From Camelus ferus (lineage: Eukaryota), in the NCBI RefSeq assembly GCF_009834535.1, contig NC_045696.1, forward strand, positions 65,288,001-65,352,000: DNA of 64,000 nt. Direction: 5' to 3'. Positions 26,068 through 38,210 of the stretch are shown in pieces (the first letter of the stretch is position 1; every line of letters begins with the position of its first letter). The position numbers were made by a program, and so were the translations under genes. Below the pieces are notes generated by a model. That model searched no databases and had not been told where the DNA came from. It saw only the letters and a list, made by a program, of their open reading frames with translations.

Positions 26068-27439
26068 GAGGGGCTTTTAAATTTAATTGACTATAATCTG
26101 ATCTGTTTTTACTACTTAGCTGAATGTTTTCAGTTTGAGTGAGTTTGAAAATTAGAATAAACATTTACTTCTTTGTTAGCTTCAGTGAAAAACTAAATGC
26201 ACTTTTTTTTTTGCCAAAAATACAAAGTATAATAAACATTTAATATAAGAGATCAGTAGAGACTATTCTTAGGGTCAATTTTGTTTTACTTAATTGGGAA
26301 TTTCTGCCAAGCTAAAGGAGAATAACAGACTTACTTCCCATTACAAAGAAACATGTATTCTGAATTACAAGTTTTTCTCACCATTTCTGCTTTAGCAGCA
26401 GCAATTCCTAAGTTAGATTCACTGTTTACATGGGAATTTTACTAATATATTCTCATATTTTTTAGATCATATAAACTGGTTCAGCTCTAATTTTGAGTAT
26501 TCGAGATGTCTGTCATTTCACCTTATCATCTGCTTTTAATTATTTATTTTTTGTTGAGATTTAATTCTTATATGTAACATTCACTCCTTTTTTTAAAAAA
26601 GGGCAGAAAGGAAGAAACATGTAAGAATAGTTTGGTTGTGTGAGACTTGTTTTGGAATGTTTCTGTAGTTTGTAATCAGTGTTATATAATGCAAGCTCTT
26701 GTTTCATAATGTTGGAACTACTTCAGTAGAAAAATGTGCAGTTTTCAACTAACTGGTCTTCCTTAATGTGGAAGAATAGCAGAAATATTCCTATTGAAGT
26801 ATTCCATTGTAATATGCAATAAAATATTCAAATACTTATTAATCTTTGATCTGCTGATTATCTTAAATCCCATCAAATCTCATTCTTCACAAAACACATC
26901 ACTTTGATCCTGAATAATTAAAATTTCAAGATTCTTTTTTTTTTTTTTTCCTAATTAAGACTACATCTTTGAATCTACATAAGTAAAAGGCGGGCTGTTA
27001 CAGAGTGAATATTCTCTGTTAGCACACAGATGTATACGTATTTTGTAAAAGCCATTTAAGAGGAGAATATAGTCTTGGAAGATATTTTTGCAATTATGCC
27101 ATTGAATTAGAATAGAAATGAGACATGGATATTTAGATACTACAATTTATTTCAATATATTTAATATCCATAATTTCTCTCCACATTTCCTTCTTCTCTT
27201 TGTCCCCCTCTACCACATGATTTTAACTGAATATATATCTGTGTGTGAATATATATCTCTGTGTGTGTAAACAGATATATATGTATTGCCTCAGTAGAAG
27301 CAAAAGCTACAGTTCAAGTCCTGAGTCTGGGATTACAGTAAACATTCACACTGTTACATATCTTAAAAAATCAGGGTTCTCATTTTTTGGAAACAAATCT
27401 CAGTGCTCTCAGTTTGATAAGTTAAATGAAGACGTTTCA

Positions 27440-27520
27440 AATTTTGTGACCTTGCAGAGGTCAGTCGGTCTCTCTGGTACTTTTGTTACTTCATCTATAA
27501 AACTAGGAAGTATAAAGAAA
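27440..27520 (+). mobile_element. MIR core fragment
   Basis: 'tgtgaccttgcagaggtca...ctctctggtac...cttcatctataaaa'. Confidence 0.55.
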
Positions 27521-28419
27521 TCCAAACAAGATGAAGATCTATCTCCTTCCTTATCTAAAACCTATCAACAAATTATCCTGTTTACTTTTACTGTTGCTAA
27601 GTAGGAAAGTCTGTCACTTAATAAGCATTTTTAGGCTGGCATGATGCCAAGGCAATTTTGAAAATCACCAGGGTAGGGTCACAGCAAATTGGAATTTCAT
27701 TGAAATTCAAGTAATTTGCTTTGAATGATGGATTATAAAGTACACAAAAGGACCCAATATAGCAAGCTTATCTGCTGATGAATCCTAAGTTTTGAATTAC
27801 GTTAGAAGAAAAAACCTTAAATCTCATGGCAATAATTAATTTAGGTTACATCTGTGATACAAAAATTGTCTGCTTATTTAAATCAAGTCTAACAAAAATG
27901 TATATAATGTAAAAGTTTGTTTCCATTACTGCAAAAATCTGACTGAATGAGTTGTATGGATAGATCTCCCTTACCTTCTTTAAATAGATTAACACCTATA
28001 GGAAAACTAAATTTTGCCATTTTAGTCTATTGAAAACATAGTCAATGAGGATCCTCATTTCAATGCTGATAAAACTAAAGTACATTGGAAAAAATACTCT
28101 TAAACTCTTTCAGTAATAAGAATTAGAAAAATTATCAATAAAATAACAGTTTAGTAATTTAAGTTATTAAAATGATCTCTATAGGAATAAATAAGAACAC
28201 TTACTTGCTGGACTGCTAAGATACTGATAATAGAGTATAAGAATATGTCTTACTGCTATAATATCATAAATGTATGCATTTTGTTCACTTGAGTTTTTCT
28301 TTTGTTTTTTACACACCTAGAAACCTACCAAATGAGAAGTTACATTACACATTGCATTCTTTAAACTTCTGTATGTATTAGTCAAAGTCAACTTAAGTAA
28401 TCATGGTAGATAATTATAG

Positions 28420-29980
28420 CAAATTAAAAATAAAGGGTAATTACCTTGATCTGATAAAGGGAATCTTAAAAATTTCAGATAGCAAGGCATCATACCAATG
28501 ATGAATTATTGAAAGCATCCCATAAGGCAGTAATACCTGCTATAAGCACTACTTTTCAACTCTTTACTGGAGAGCCTAGTGTCTACAATTAGGAAAGGAA
28601 ATAAAAGGCATACACATGGAAAAGGAGAAGAAAAGCTATTGTCATTTATAAATTATATACAGAAAACATTATTTTGTATATAAGAAATCTAAACATTATA
28701 CAAACTAAAGATTGATAAACGAATGTAGTAAGAAAGATTGCTGAACACAATGTCAATAAAGTAATTGTGTTGAAATACAGTGGCAACATTAAAAATTTTT
28801 TTAAATGAATACTGTTTAAAATACCATAAAAATACTCAGGAATTACATTTAACAAAGGATATGCAAGACTGTTACCAGAAAACTACAAAATATTATAGGC
28901 AAAAATAAAAGAAAATTTAAAGAAATGTAATGAAATACCATGTTCATGGATTGAAGGACAACATATAAAAATGTCAATTTACCACAAATTAATGTATAGA
29001 TTAAAAATGCAATGTCGATAAGAAACCAAAACTCCCAAAAGTTAGTTTTTGTAGGGGATTATTAAAAACTAATTCTGAATTTATTTGGAAACACAAATAG
29101 CAAAGAAACAGAAGGCAATTTTAAAGACAAACGAATATGGAAGATTTACATGAGTGGATATCAGTAATTATTGCAAGGCTATACTAATAGTATTGTAGTG
29201 GTACAAGGATAGATAAACAGGCAAAAAGTAGAGAGTTCAGAACATACATATATGGTCACCTAAGTTATGACAAAGGCCATATCCTTCATGCCATATGCAA
29301 GTACTAACTTATTATATAGGTAAGTAACAGATATAAAAATAATATAAAATAAAGATTTTAGAAGACAATACAGGAGAATTTATTGATGAACTGATGAACT
29401 GAGGCTACACAAAAATTGGTAGACAAAAAAAATGAATCAGACAAATTAAAATCAAGGGCAAATGTTTATTAAAAGACAACTTTAAGAAAATGAGACAGAG
29501 TAAGAGAAATATTTGCAATACATTATCTGTGACAAAGGTCTTATATCTAAAACATATAAAACAAAACAATGGTAAAATGGCAGACAAGCCAATAGAAAAA
29601 TGGTGAGCAAAGATTTGAAAGGCATTTTACAAAGAAGACAGACAAATGGAATGATACTCAATAATTAGTCATAAAAGAAATGCAAATTAAAGCCAAAATG
29701 CAATACAGCTACATAATTGCCAAAATGGATTAATTTTAAAAAGGGAACAATATTAAATTTTTGTCAGGTTATGAATAACTGGAAATCTATTTGTGCTGGC
29801 GGTCAAGACAGTTTTTATTCTTGTGCAATGAAGGGAGCTTCCTAGGTGCTTGTAATGTTGTGTGTCTTACTATGGGTCCTGATCATATATGTGTTCAGTT
29901 TATGAAAAATCAGTTGCATTTTCTACTCATCTTTCCATTTTTCTCAATTACATGTCAGTAAAAGTATAAAATAAAAAATG
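28420..29980 (+). mobile_element. Ancient LINE-1 (L1ME-like) ORF2 and 3' end
   Basis: 'ataccatgttcatggattgaagga', 'aaatatttgcaatacattatctgtgacaaagg', 'aagaaatgcaaattaaagcc'. Confidence 0.85.
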
Positions 29981-30039
29981 ATCTGGCTGTATTAAGAAAA
30001 TATAGCCGAAATGTCTCCACAATGAGAACTTTAACCCAT

Positions 30040-30380
30040 TCATTTTTTCTTAAATTTTGAATTATTTATTTAGGATAAATTACTGACAGTAAATTTCTAG
30101 ATAAAAAGATGTAAAATACTCTGCAGTTTTGAATGCAATTATTGCCAGAATATTCCCCACAAAGAAAGCCAAATTTCTAATCAATTTTACACAGTAAAAA
30201 TATATGTATGGTGGTATTCCTATAGTCTGAACCATTTTGATTTTATCACATATTTTTTTCTGTTATTAAAAGGCATCTGTTATATTTTTAAATTTTTATT
30301 TCATTTTACTTTAAATATTGACTTAAACTATTTGCTTTCCCTTTGAAAGAATTATCTATTCATATCCTTTGATTATAAAT
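30040..30380 (-). mobile_element. Ancient L1ME-like fragment
   Basis: 'tttaggataaatt', 'ttattgccaga', 'tatctattcatatcctttg'. Confidence 0.5.
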
Positions 30381-31894
30381 AGACTAGGAATTCAGCTCCA
30401 TGTTTAAATTTCAATCTGCAGAAATATTCCTGTCTTCATCTTCAAACAGAAGGTGTACACTGCATCACGCCATTACCAGGCAGTCATAAACTGAGAAAGC
30501 AATCTAATACAGACTCTGTGCTGTGTAATTATTAGTCCCTACCTGCGGAGTTTGAGTTCATTAGAGAAAACATTAGGGGGCTGCATGTGTCTTAGTGAAT
30601 GTATATGCAACATCTATGAACTTTAATGGGATTTACATGCACACAGTCAGGAGAGTTTCAATAGGCAAATTTTAAAATAACCATTTTCTAACTGCAGTGA
30701 TACACCTCAGGTTTTCCAGTTACATGGAACTCTTGGGGACTAGATTCATTTAGCCTTTGACTTCACTTAGCACAGTGCACCCACAGGAAACCTTAATGGC
30801 ATTTTAAGTGTGTTTGCTGTCGTGTATTACTGCTTACACAAACAGAGCTATGCTTGCATGCTCAATTTTTCAGTCCATAATATTTTTCAGTTTTCATCAT
30901 CAGACTCTGGCTTTGTGTAGTTGCGTGGATAATGGAAAAAAATTGTTTTATAATTAAAAGTTAAGTCTCAGGGTAATGGAGATTTTTTTTTAAATCAGAA
31001 TGGTTTTCTAAACATTTTTAATTAGAAATTTCACATTAAAAAAAGCATAACCCTCTTTTCTTAGCCATGTCCTTCTCTGCACAGATAAGTGCTAGATCTC
31101 TGGAACTGGCTATGGACTCCACCCATAAAATCTGGATCTCTACTACCATTAGGAATATTAATGGCAAGTCTTCTCTCTTGTGTTCAGTGTGTTAGTTGTA
31201 CAAGAAAATCATGATTGCTATGTCCCTCCTCTTACTCTCCAGTGGCTCACTTTAGCAAGAATAGTGAACTTCAATTAGTTACACAAAAAGAGGATGGTAT
31301 CTACATGGGTTTATCCAGAGTTTTTTGTTTTTTGTTTTTTAGGGATTAACATATCCGTTTAATTTGTTTTAAATATTTTCAAGGTTTAAAATTTGTTTAA
31401 AGCTTTTAATTCCTAGTGGGAAACATCTAAATGAATACCCTAATGGTAAACCACTGTAAAATCTTTCTGCTGCATTTGGGGCAGAGAGGTAGGGGTTCTC
31501 TTCAAAGCACCTCAGCTTTCTTCACGAGAAGGTCAGAGATACCCTGGTTTGCATTACTGTGACGTCCATTAGGTGATCTGTCGCTTTTCCTTCAGCAAGG
31601 GCTTTAGCCAAAGTTTTAAGAAGCGTAAGTCAATGTTTCAGAGAAATAAAACTAATAGTGTTGTATGTTTAAATTTGGGGTATGAATTCAGACACAAGGT
31701 TTGTAGGCATGTCAATATGAAAAGTACATCTACACTAGACAATCCTACAAACAGCGGTTCTCAAACATTTTAGTGTGCATCTCGATCACCAGGAGGGTTC
31801 ATTAGAACATAGATTGTTGATCCCCATTCCTAAGGTTTCTGATTCATAACATCTGCCTGAGACTCAGCATTTTTAACAAGTTCCCAGGTGATGG

Positions 31895-32878
31895 TGAGAC
31901 AGGCTGGGACCTGGGACCCTATACTGCAGTGATTGTACTTGGACAAACATCTCCTCAAAAACAGAATACAAAGAAACTTTAAGGGACTAAAAATAACGGC
32001 AGGCAGTTGCGGCAAAGTATGAACAACAAGATACGAAAAGGCCCAAACCCAACTGCCACTTCTGAGGCGCCAGGAGCAAAAGCAGGATACTGCACATGAT
32101 CCTTGCACACAGCACCCCATAGATGGGCAGACCACCTAAGCAACTGTAATAGGGAAGAACAAATCCAACTCCATAAAAGATCTGTTCCTTTGGCTCTAAC
32201 CTTGTGCTCTGCTTCCTGTTCTTAACCATGCTGGTTCTGCACCTTTTGTAAAAGAATGTTGCCTGTAGCCTGAAATATACAAGATAGCTTATTCTCAAGG
32301 CTCTGACCTTAAAAAGTATAATGCTTTACCATTCATATAAAAATAAGAAGTTGCAGAAGAGAAAACAGCATTTGTCTTGTTGGAGGTTTGCAGGGACACT
32401 GTGACATGAGCTACGTGGATAGCTGCAAGAACAAAGGATTCTGACTTCAAGACGTTTGCAACAACCAACCCCGCCCCCCTCTTTCTAGCATAAAATGAGC
32501 CTGAATTCTGACTTGAGTAAGATGGTTATCCAGACATTAATCTGCCATCTTCTCGGTCTGCCAGCTTTCCGAATAAAGTTGTTATTCCTTGCCTTAACAA
32601 CTTGTCTCTTGATTTATTGGCCTGTCATGCAGCCAGCAGAAAGAGTTTGGATTCGGTACCACCACCGCTCCGGCCCAACCCACCGATCTGCCCCCTACCC
32701 TCACCCTATTTAAGGGACCAGCCTGTCCCTGACCCTTGGGGAATGAGCAAGGACAACTTACTTGTTCTTGCTCCCTCGTGCTGCAGCACAAGTCCCAATA
32801 AAGCCTTGCCTGAATTCTTCGTCCAGCCTCTTATCAATTTCTACTGACTAAGGAGTCCAAGGACCCTGGTCAGTAACA
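31895..32878 (+). mobile_element. ERV1-class solo LTR A (31895-32144 plus 32662-32878)
   Basis: Starts TGAGACAGG, ends GTAACA; TATA-like 'tatttaa', polyA signal 'aataaagcc'; 4-bp TSD atgg/atgc. Confidence 0.85.
32145..32661 (+). mobile_element. ERV1-class solo LTR B (MER41-like) nested in LTR A
   Basis: Starts TGTAATAGGG..'ccaactccat', ends 'ttggattcggtacca'; 'gccagctttccgaataaagt' polyA region; 4-bp TSD caac/ccac. Confidence 0.82.
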
Positions 32879-34194
32879 ATGCTGATCCTCCTGGTCTGGT
32901 TCCCTCACCCTAAGAACCACTGACATGGATAAAAGCAGTATTCCAGATATAGCTCTGCTGCCTTTCCTCCATTCTAGAAATCCTACTAGAAGGCAGATCT
33001 TTGAGTGTGATTTGTTTTAAGACTAAGCTTATATCTATTTTATTTTTCAAAATTAATAATTCATGCTTGATGTTTAATTTGTAACAAATTTTGGCACACC
33101 CTAAGTGTACTTGAGCACAGCAGTTGAGACCTGCTTCTGGAACAGCTGCCCCGTAGAGAAGTTTCTAGTTGCCCTCTTCCACTTGCCCTTGCTGCTGCTT
33201 TCAGTCACTCTGTTTTCAGTCACTCTCTGACTCCTGCTCTTCTACCTCACATATTCTCCATATGCAGGATGTTTTAACGTTCCATTGTGCCTTTTTGTAT
33301 GTCCTGGGACCTTCTCTGCAGTTTCTCTACTACTAGGTCACTGCCAAACAGAATGTCAATCATGTTTTGATACATCCATGTGTCAGTAACCTACATCCTC
33401 TGATGCTTCCTGGCCATGGCAAGAACTTACACATCTCCAGGAAACCAGAAAGGTAGGTGTTCATCATCCCATTCTGAAGGATTTCAGTTTAGTTTAAATA
33501 GTAAAGAAAGGAAGGGCTTTAATCATGCCCTTCACAGAGGTGCCCACCCTATACAGGGTTTAAAACATTAAGTCAATCAGGCATTATAATTCCCACTGCA
33601 GATACTCAATTTAAGCTAAAATCATGACTCAGAATTATGGTATATTTAATGACATAAATTCATGTTAAAAGGTAATTGCATGCCCAGCTACTCGCTGTTT
33701 TAAATGAGAAAGCCTCAAGCACGCCACCCCAACGCTATTCTGTTTTCTTTGACAACTTATTTGAATTTTTGTACATTAAGTTAATTTCAAACTACACTAA
33801 ACACATTTGGGCTCTCAGAGGGTAGTCTCTAGTTTTAATCTACTTAATCCTTTATGCATTGTTTCTTTAAAAGTCATGCAGTTTTATTTACACTTAATAG
33901 AGTTTACCTTTAATTCACTTTAGGAAAGCTTTCTATGGTAACCTGCTGTTTGCTTAGCCTGGAATGGCCTTGAATCTGCCACCATTCTCCTTACTCCTTC
34001 TCTGTCTATGGAAATTGTTATATTTTGAGCACAACTCAGGTTCCTGTCCTAATTATTGTTTCTATCCTCATATTCCTTGTCTGCCTAATGAAAGCTTTTA
34101 CAGAATTTGGCCTTGAGTCATTTTAAATTTTGTATTAGTACCTCTTAAGGTGCTTTGTGTCCAGAGGTGATAAATAATTTCTATTAAAATACAT

Positions 34195-34640
34195 AATTTA
34201 TTAAGTAGTTACTGAGTATTAACTATGCGTTAGGCCCAGTGGAAAAGCCTGGCATTATAGGCAGAAAGAATACATGGTTCCTCTCTCACAGGAACTCGTA
34301 GTCTGAGGGAAGACACAGACATCCATGTAAACCAAAAAGTAGAAAACAATGTTAAGAGTTTTATAATAGATGTACCTCCAGGGTGCTCTGACAGCACTAA
34401 AAATAGTATAACTCTTTAATTCCTGGAAATTAGGGAGGACTTTGCACAGGGGGTAACATATGAGTGAGTCTTAAAATGGAAAAAATCACTGGATAGGAGA
34501 GGAAGAAAACCTTTCATCCAAAAGTTAATGGCATGTACAAATCACAGAGTTGCAATGTGACATGGTAGGTGGCAGAAACAGTAAGTAGTATGTTTCCTGG
34601 AGGGTGCCATATACTGGGGAGAGTTGCAGAATATGAATTT
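34195..34640 (-). mobile_element. LINE-2 3' fragment
   Basis: 'ttactgagtattaactatgcgttaggc', 'catggttcctctctcacaggaactcgtagtctgagggaagacacagaca'. Confidence 0.78.
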
Positions 34641-34864
34641 GTACCTCCAGTCCTGGTCAAATACTTTTGCCTCTTATTCCTGTGCTTCTAAATGTTCTCT
34701 ATCAAGAATGTGCACATGATAAGAATCAAGCGGAAAACAACACCTCTACCTCAAGAAAGCACTCATCAATCCCTCATAAACCTCATTGCTTAAAACAGAG
34801 AAATCAACCAGGGTAGTTGAGATTCAAGTCATAGTCATATATTCTAGAAGTGTGACATCATTTC

Positions 34865-35170
34865 TCACATTCACTCACACAAGAGCCACTTCATGAGGAT
34901 CAGCAATTTGCATGATATTGGGCTGGTTAACATAGAAGGTACAAACATAATGCAATCAACGTAATAGAGGAAAAGGCAGGCACAAGTAGTAATACACATA
35001 CTGTCTTGCACAGAGAATATGCATAGCGTGGGAGTGTGGAGCAGAGAATGATGACTCACAGCAGGGGCAATAGGGGAGTGCCACAAGAGGAAGGCAGCAA
35101 TGCCAGTGAATTTTACCTGCAGGGTAGCATTTGTAAAGGGGGGAGGGCATCTCAGCCAGAGAAATTGGAA
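34865..35170 (-). mobile_element. Highly degenerate LINE-2 3' fragment
   Basis: 'cattcactcacacaa', 'gagcagagaatgatgactcacagcagggg...gagggcatctcagccagag'. Confidence 0.45.
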
Positions 35171-35834
35171 CAGAAGTAACCAGTAGGTTGTAAATACATA
35201 GTATAAGGTCAACGTCTGGAAAAACCCATCTTGATTCTGGAGTCTCTTTCCTTGCCTTTCAGGGCCAAACACATTGATAAAAACAGAGTAATAATTGCCA
35301 CTGACTAATTTTGCCTCATCTGGGGAGTGATAAAATGAAGAGCCCTTGAAAAGAAGGATCACATTCAATACGGATTCATCCATAATGTTATCCAATCCCA
35401 AATTAAAGAGATTAAATAAACAGCATATCTTAAAAAAAAGAAGAAGAAACAGTCACTGTGAACTTTTTTAGAGCAGCATGTAATCTGTTCACCATTGGTG
35501 TCAAGGAGACATAAATTATGTAGACTTACCTTAATAATAATAAACGAGGGACACTATTTCAGTGGAGCAGGAGCTGCTTCCGGAACTGGCTGCATCAGCA
35601 TCATTAGGGCTCCAGAGAAGGCATCCTTGGATAAGCCTTGTTTGGGATGTTACTTATTTACGTCAGGCTTCCTCAGATTTGGAAGCACTCAGGCAATACA
35701 CTGACAGGTCGGCTCAACAGAGTACATTGAGTAGCTGACCTTTGCTCTTCCTCGGAGTGAGCAATATTTATGAGGCTAAATTTTCTCTTAGAGTGCAAAG
35801 CCTAGCGGAGAACTGTTACTAAGGCCCTGTCACT

Positions 35835-36072
35835 CAATGGAAAGAACAAGGGCATGGAATCTGGAGTCAGAAGGTCTGAAGTCAAGTTGTAGTTCTATCC
35901 CTTATGAGCTGTTTGTCTTTGATTGAGGTACTCAATCTCTCTGAGGCTGCTTTTCCCTTTGAACCTAGGGATAACCAATACCTGCTTATCTGCAGGTTTG
36001 CTGTGAGGATGATGTGAATAAAAAAAAAGTGTTTTATATGATGTATATAATTGTCAATTCACATTATTATTA
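35835..36072 (+). mobile_element. MIR SINE
   Basis: 'ctggagtcagaaggtctgaagtcaag...ctcaatctctctgaggct...gtttgctgtgaggat'. Confidence 0.8.
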
Positions 36073-36611
36073 CCCTTATAGCTGAAATAGCAGTAAAGTG
36101 AAGTGTGCTTTAACTATGTTGGAATAAACCAAGGGTCTTCTCATCTTTCTTTTTTCACTGCATGATACGATTTTCTGCCCAGAGACCTCATCAGATTTTG
36201 CTTCTATTCATGTTTCCTCTTTTTTTTTTTTTTCTCGCTCTTAAGATTTCTTTTAAACAAAGGCCACTTAATGTGACAATTTCTAATTCTGAAGACTTGA
36301 TATTTCCTCAAACTGCGAGGCTTCTCAGGTTACCCCATCTGGTATTTGATGTAAAATACACACCCTCATGTTGCACTAATTTTCTCCAGAATGTGGCTTC
36401 ACAATTGTAATTAGTTCTTTTTACACAGTTTCTTCCTGCCATGGATAGTTTTTTTCTGAATAAATTATACTATGGGATTGTCTGTGTCAGAGTAACAGGC
36501 CATTGTTTCCAAGAATATACATCTTAGAAGCCTGGAGGTTTGTCTCCAGTAGAGGGTGGCAGCTCTGTTGTTATTCTATTGTTACACCCTTTGTGGAAGC
36601 AGTGTCAAAAA

Positions 36612-36745
36612 TGGTAGCTCACAGAGAAAAAAATGTGACAATGAATATATATATGTTCATGTATAACTGAAAAATTGTGCTCTACACTGAAATTTGACAC
36701 AACATTGTAAAGTGATTATAAATCAATAAAAAATGTTAAAAAAAA
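36612..36745 (+). mobile_element. Young camelid-type LINE-1 3' end (severely 5'-truncated)
   Basis: 'tggtagctcacag..aaaatgtgacaatgaatatatatatgttcatgtataactgaaaaattgtgctctacact...caataaaaaatgttaaaa'; near-identical to the reverse complement of 50760-50888. Confidence 0.88.
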
Positions 36746-37199
36746 TGTACCCTGAGACATGATCAGGGAGACCTGTTTCTTAAGGAGAAAGCAATTAAGA
36801 TTCCAAACCATTTGTTAATTATACCTAAAAATAGAACAACTGAAACTGAATATAAGTAAATTTTCCAAATATTTATGCAGTGGCAACTAGAATTGTGGAT
36901 TTAGTAGTCTGAAAATAAGATTTTAAAAACCTAGTAATCACATACATATATTTATATGCTATAGGTCATTGTGTAACACATAACTTTACACGTATTTTAA
37001 ATTATGATTTGCTATTTATATCATACAAAGAAGATTCTGACAATAAACATAAAACCTTAGCAATATTTGGGATGATACAGAAGACCTGGTAGGCAATTTT
37101 CCAGGGACTTAAGAAACTCATCTTAATAATAATTCAATAGGGCCAACGTAAAACAATAAAGGCATTTAAACACAAAATTGCAATATGTTAAAACAAGCA

Positions 37200-38210
37200 G
37201 CATTGGAGAGACAGACACACTTCTAGAGTAATAAGAAATTGTGAGCTAAGGCTGTGGCAGTGAAAATGGTGAGAATTAAATATATTAAAGAGAAGTTGGG
37301 GAAAGAAAATTAACAAGAGTGAGTAAACATTTTAATATGGAGGCAAGGGCTTAAAAGAGTAAATAGTAAATAATAATTTCCAGGCTTTGAGTTTGGGGTA
37401 CTAGGTGGTACTGATAATTCGTATGGAAGTTATAGTGAAAAATGAGTTTTAAATAAGGACACTGAGTATATTGCTAATTTGAACATTCTGAAATGGGTAA
37501 GTATTTGGAATATTGAGAGAGGAATATTCAGTAGGCAGTTAAAGTGGATGTGTATAGAGCTTGGAGGAATGTCAGGACTACATTTACAGATTTAAAAGTC
37601 ATTTATGCATAGATGCTAATTAAAACTAAGAAGTGGAAGAGAAGTGAAGTGAGAAAAGCATAGAAAAATGGAAATAACTGTGAACGATACCAGTGGTAGG
37701 CAGAGGAAGAAAATTCAATGGCAGAGGATTAGAGGGAATAGTTAAGGAAAAAAAAAAACTGGGAAAGAAAGGATATTATTGAACTCACAGGAAGAATAAA
37801 TTTTAGGAGAGAAAAAATGGTCAGTAGTGTTCAGTACTGCCAGTGTAGACAAGTATTATAGAATATTCTTTGAATTTAGCACCTGGGATGTCTTCGTTGA
37901 CATAATGAAAGCTATTTGTTTCAGCGGAGCACCAGTGGACTGTGGAATGTTGAAGGGGAAATCATTTAGAAATTTTAAATGTAGGCATGGCTAGCAAGAG
38001 AAAGAGGGAAAAGATGATGAAAACATGGGAAGGAGGATGCAGGTTCAGAAAAGTTTATTTTTACTTTTATTTTGTGGGTGAGGAAGGGAAAAGTTGAGAT
38101 TGGTGCTGTCAGAAGAAAACAGCCAAAGGAAAGGGCTTAGAGGTAAAGGAGAGGAAGGAGATAATATGGGAACAAGAACCCTGCAATATCAAGAGAGGCT
38201 GGCATTTGGG
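37200..38210 (-). mobile_element. LINE-2 internal fragments
   Basis: 'aaggctgtggcagtgaaaatgg', 'tttccaggctttgagtttggggtact', 'ttcagtaggcagtt', 'aatggtcagtagtgttca'. Confidence 0.65.

Larger units (their letters stand above)
31752..32922. mobile_element. MER5A MITE split by nested LTRs (halves 31752-31894 and 32879-32922)
   Basis: Left 'cagcggttctcaaa...tttaacaagttcccaggtgatg', right 'atgctgatcctcctggtc...aagaaccactg'; TIRs cagcggttct/agaaccactg. Confidence 0.88.

Noticed and set aside
32145..32661. STAT1 GAS sites expected in some MER41-like LTRs
   Set aside because: No canonical TTCNNNGAA found on reading this copy
34871..35401. Longest ORF (176 aa) as a protein-coding gene
   Set aside because: Annotated start is not ATG, no recognisable domain, and the C-terminal half overlaps degenerate L2
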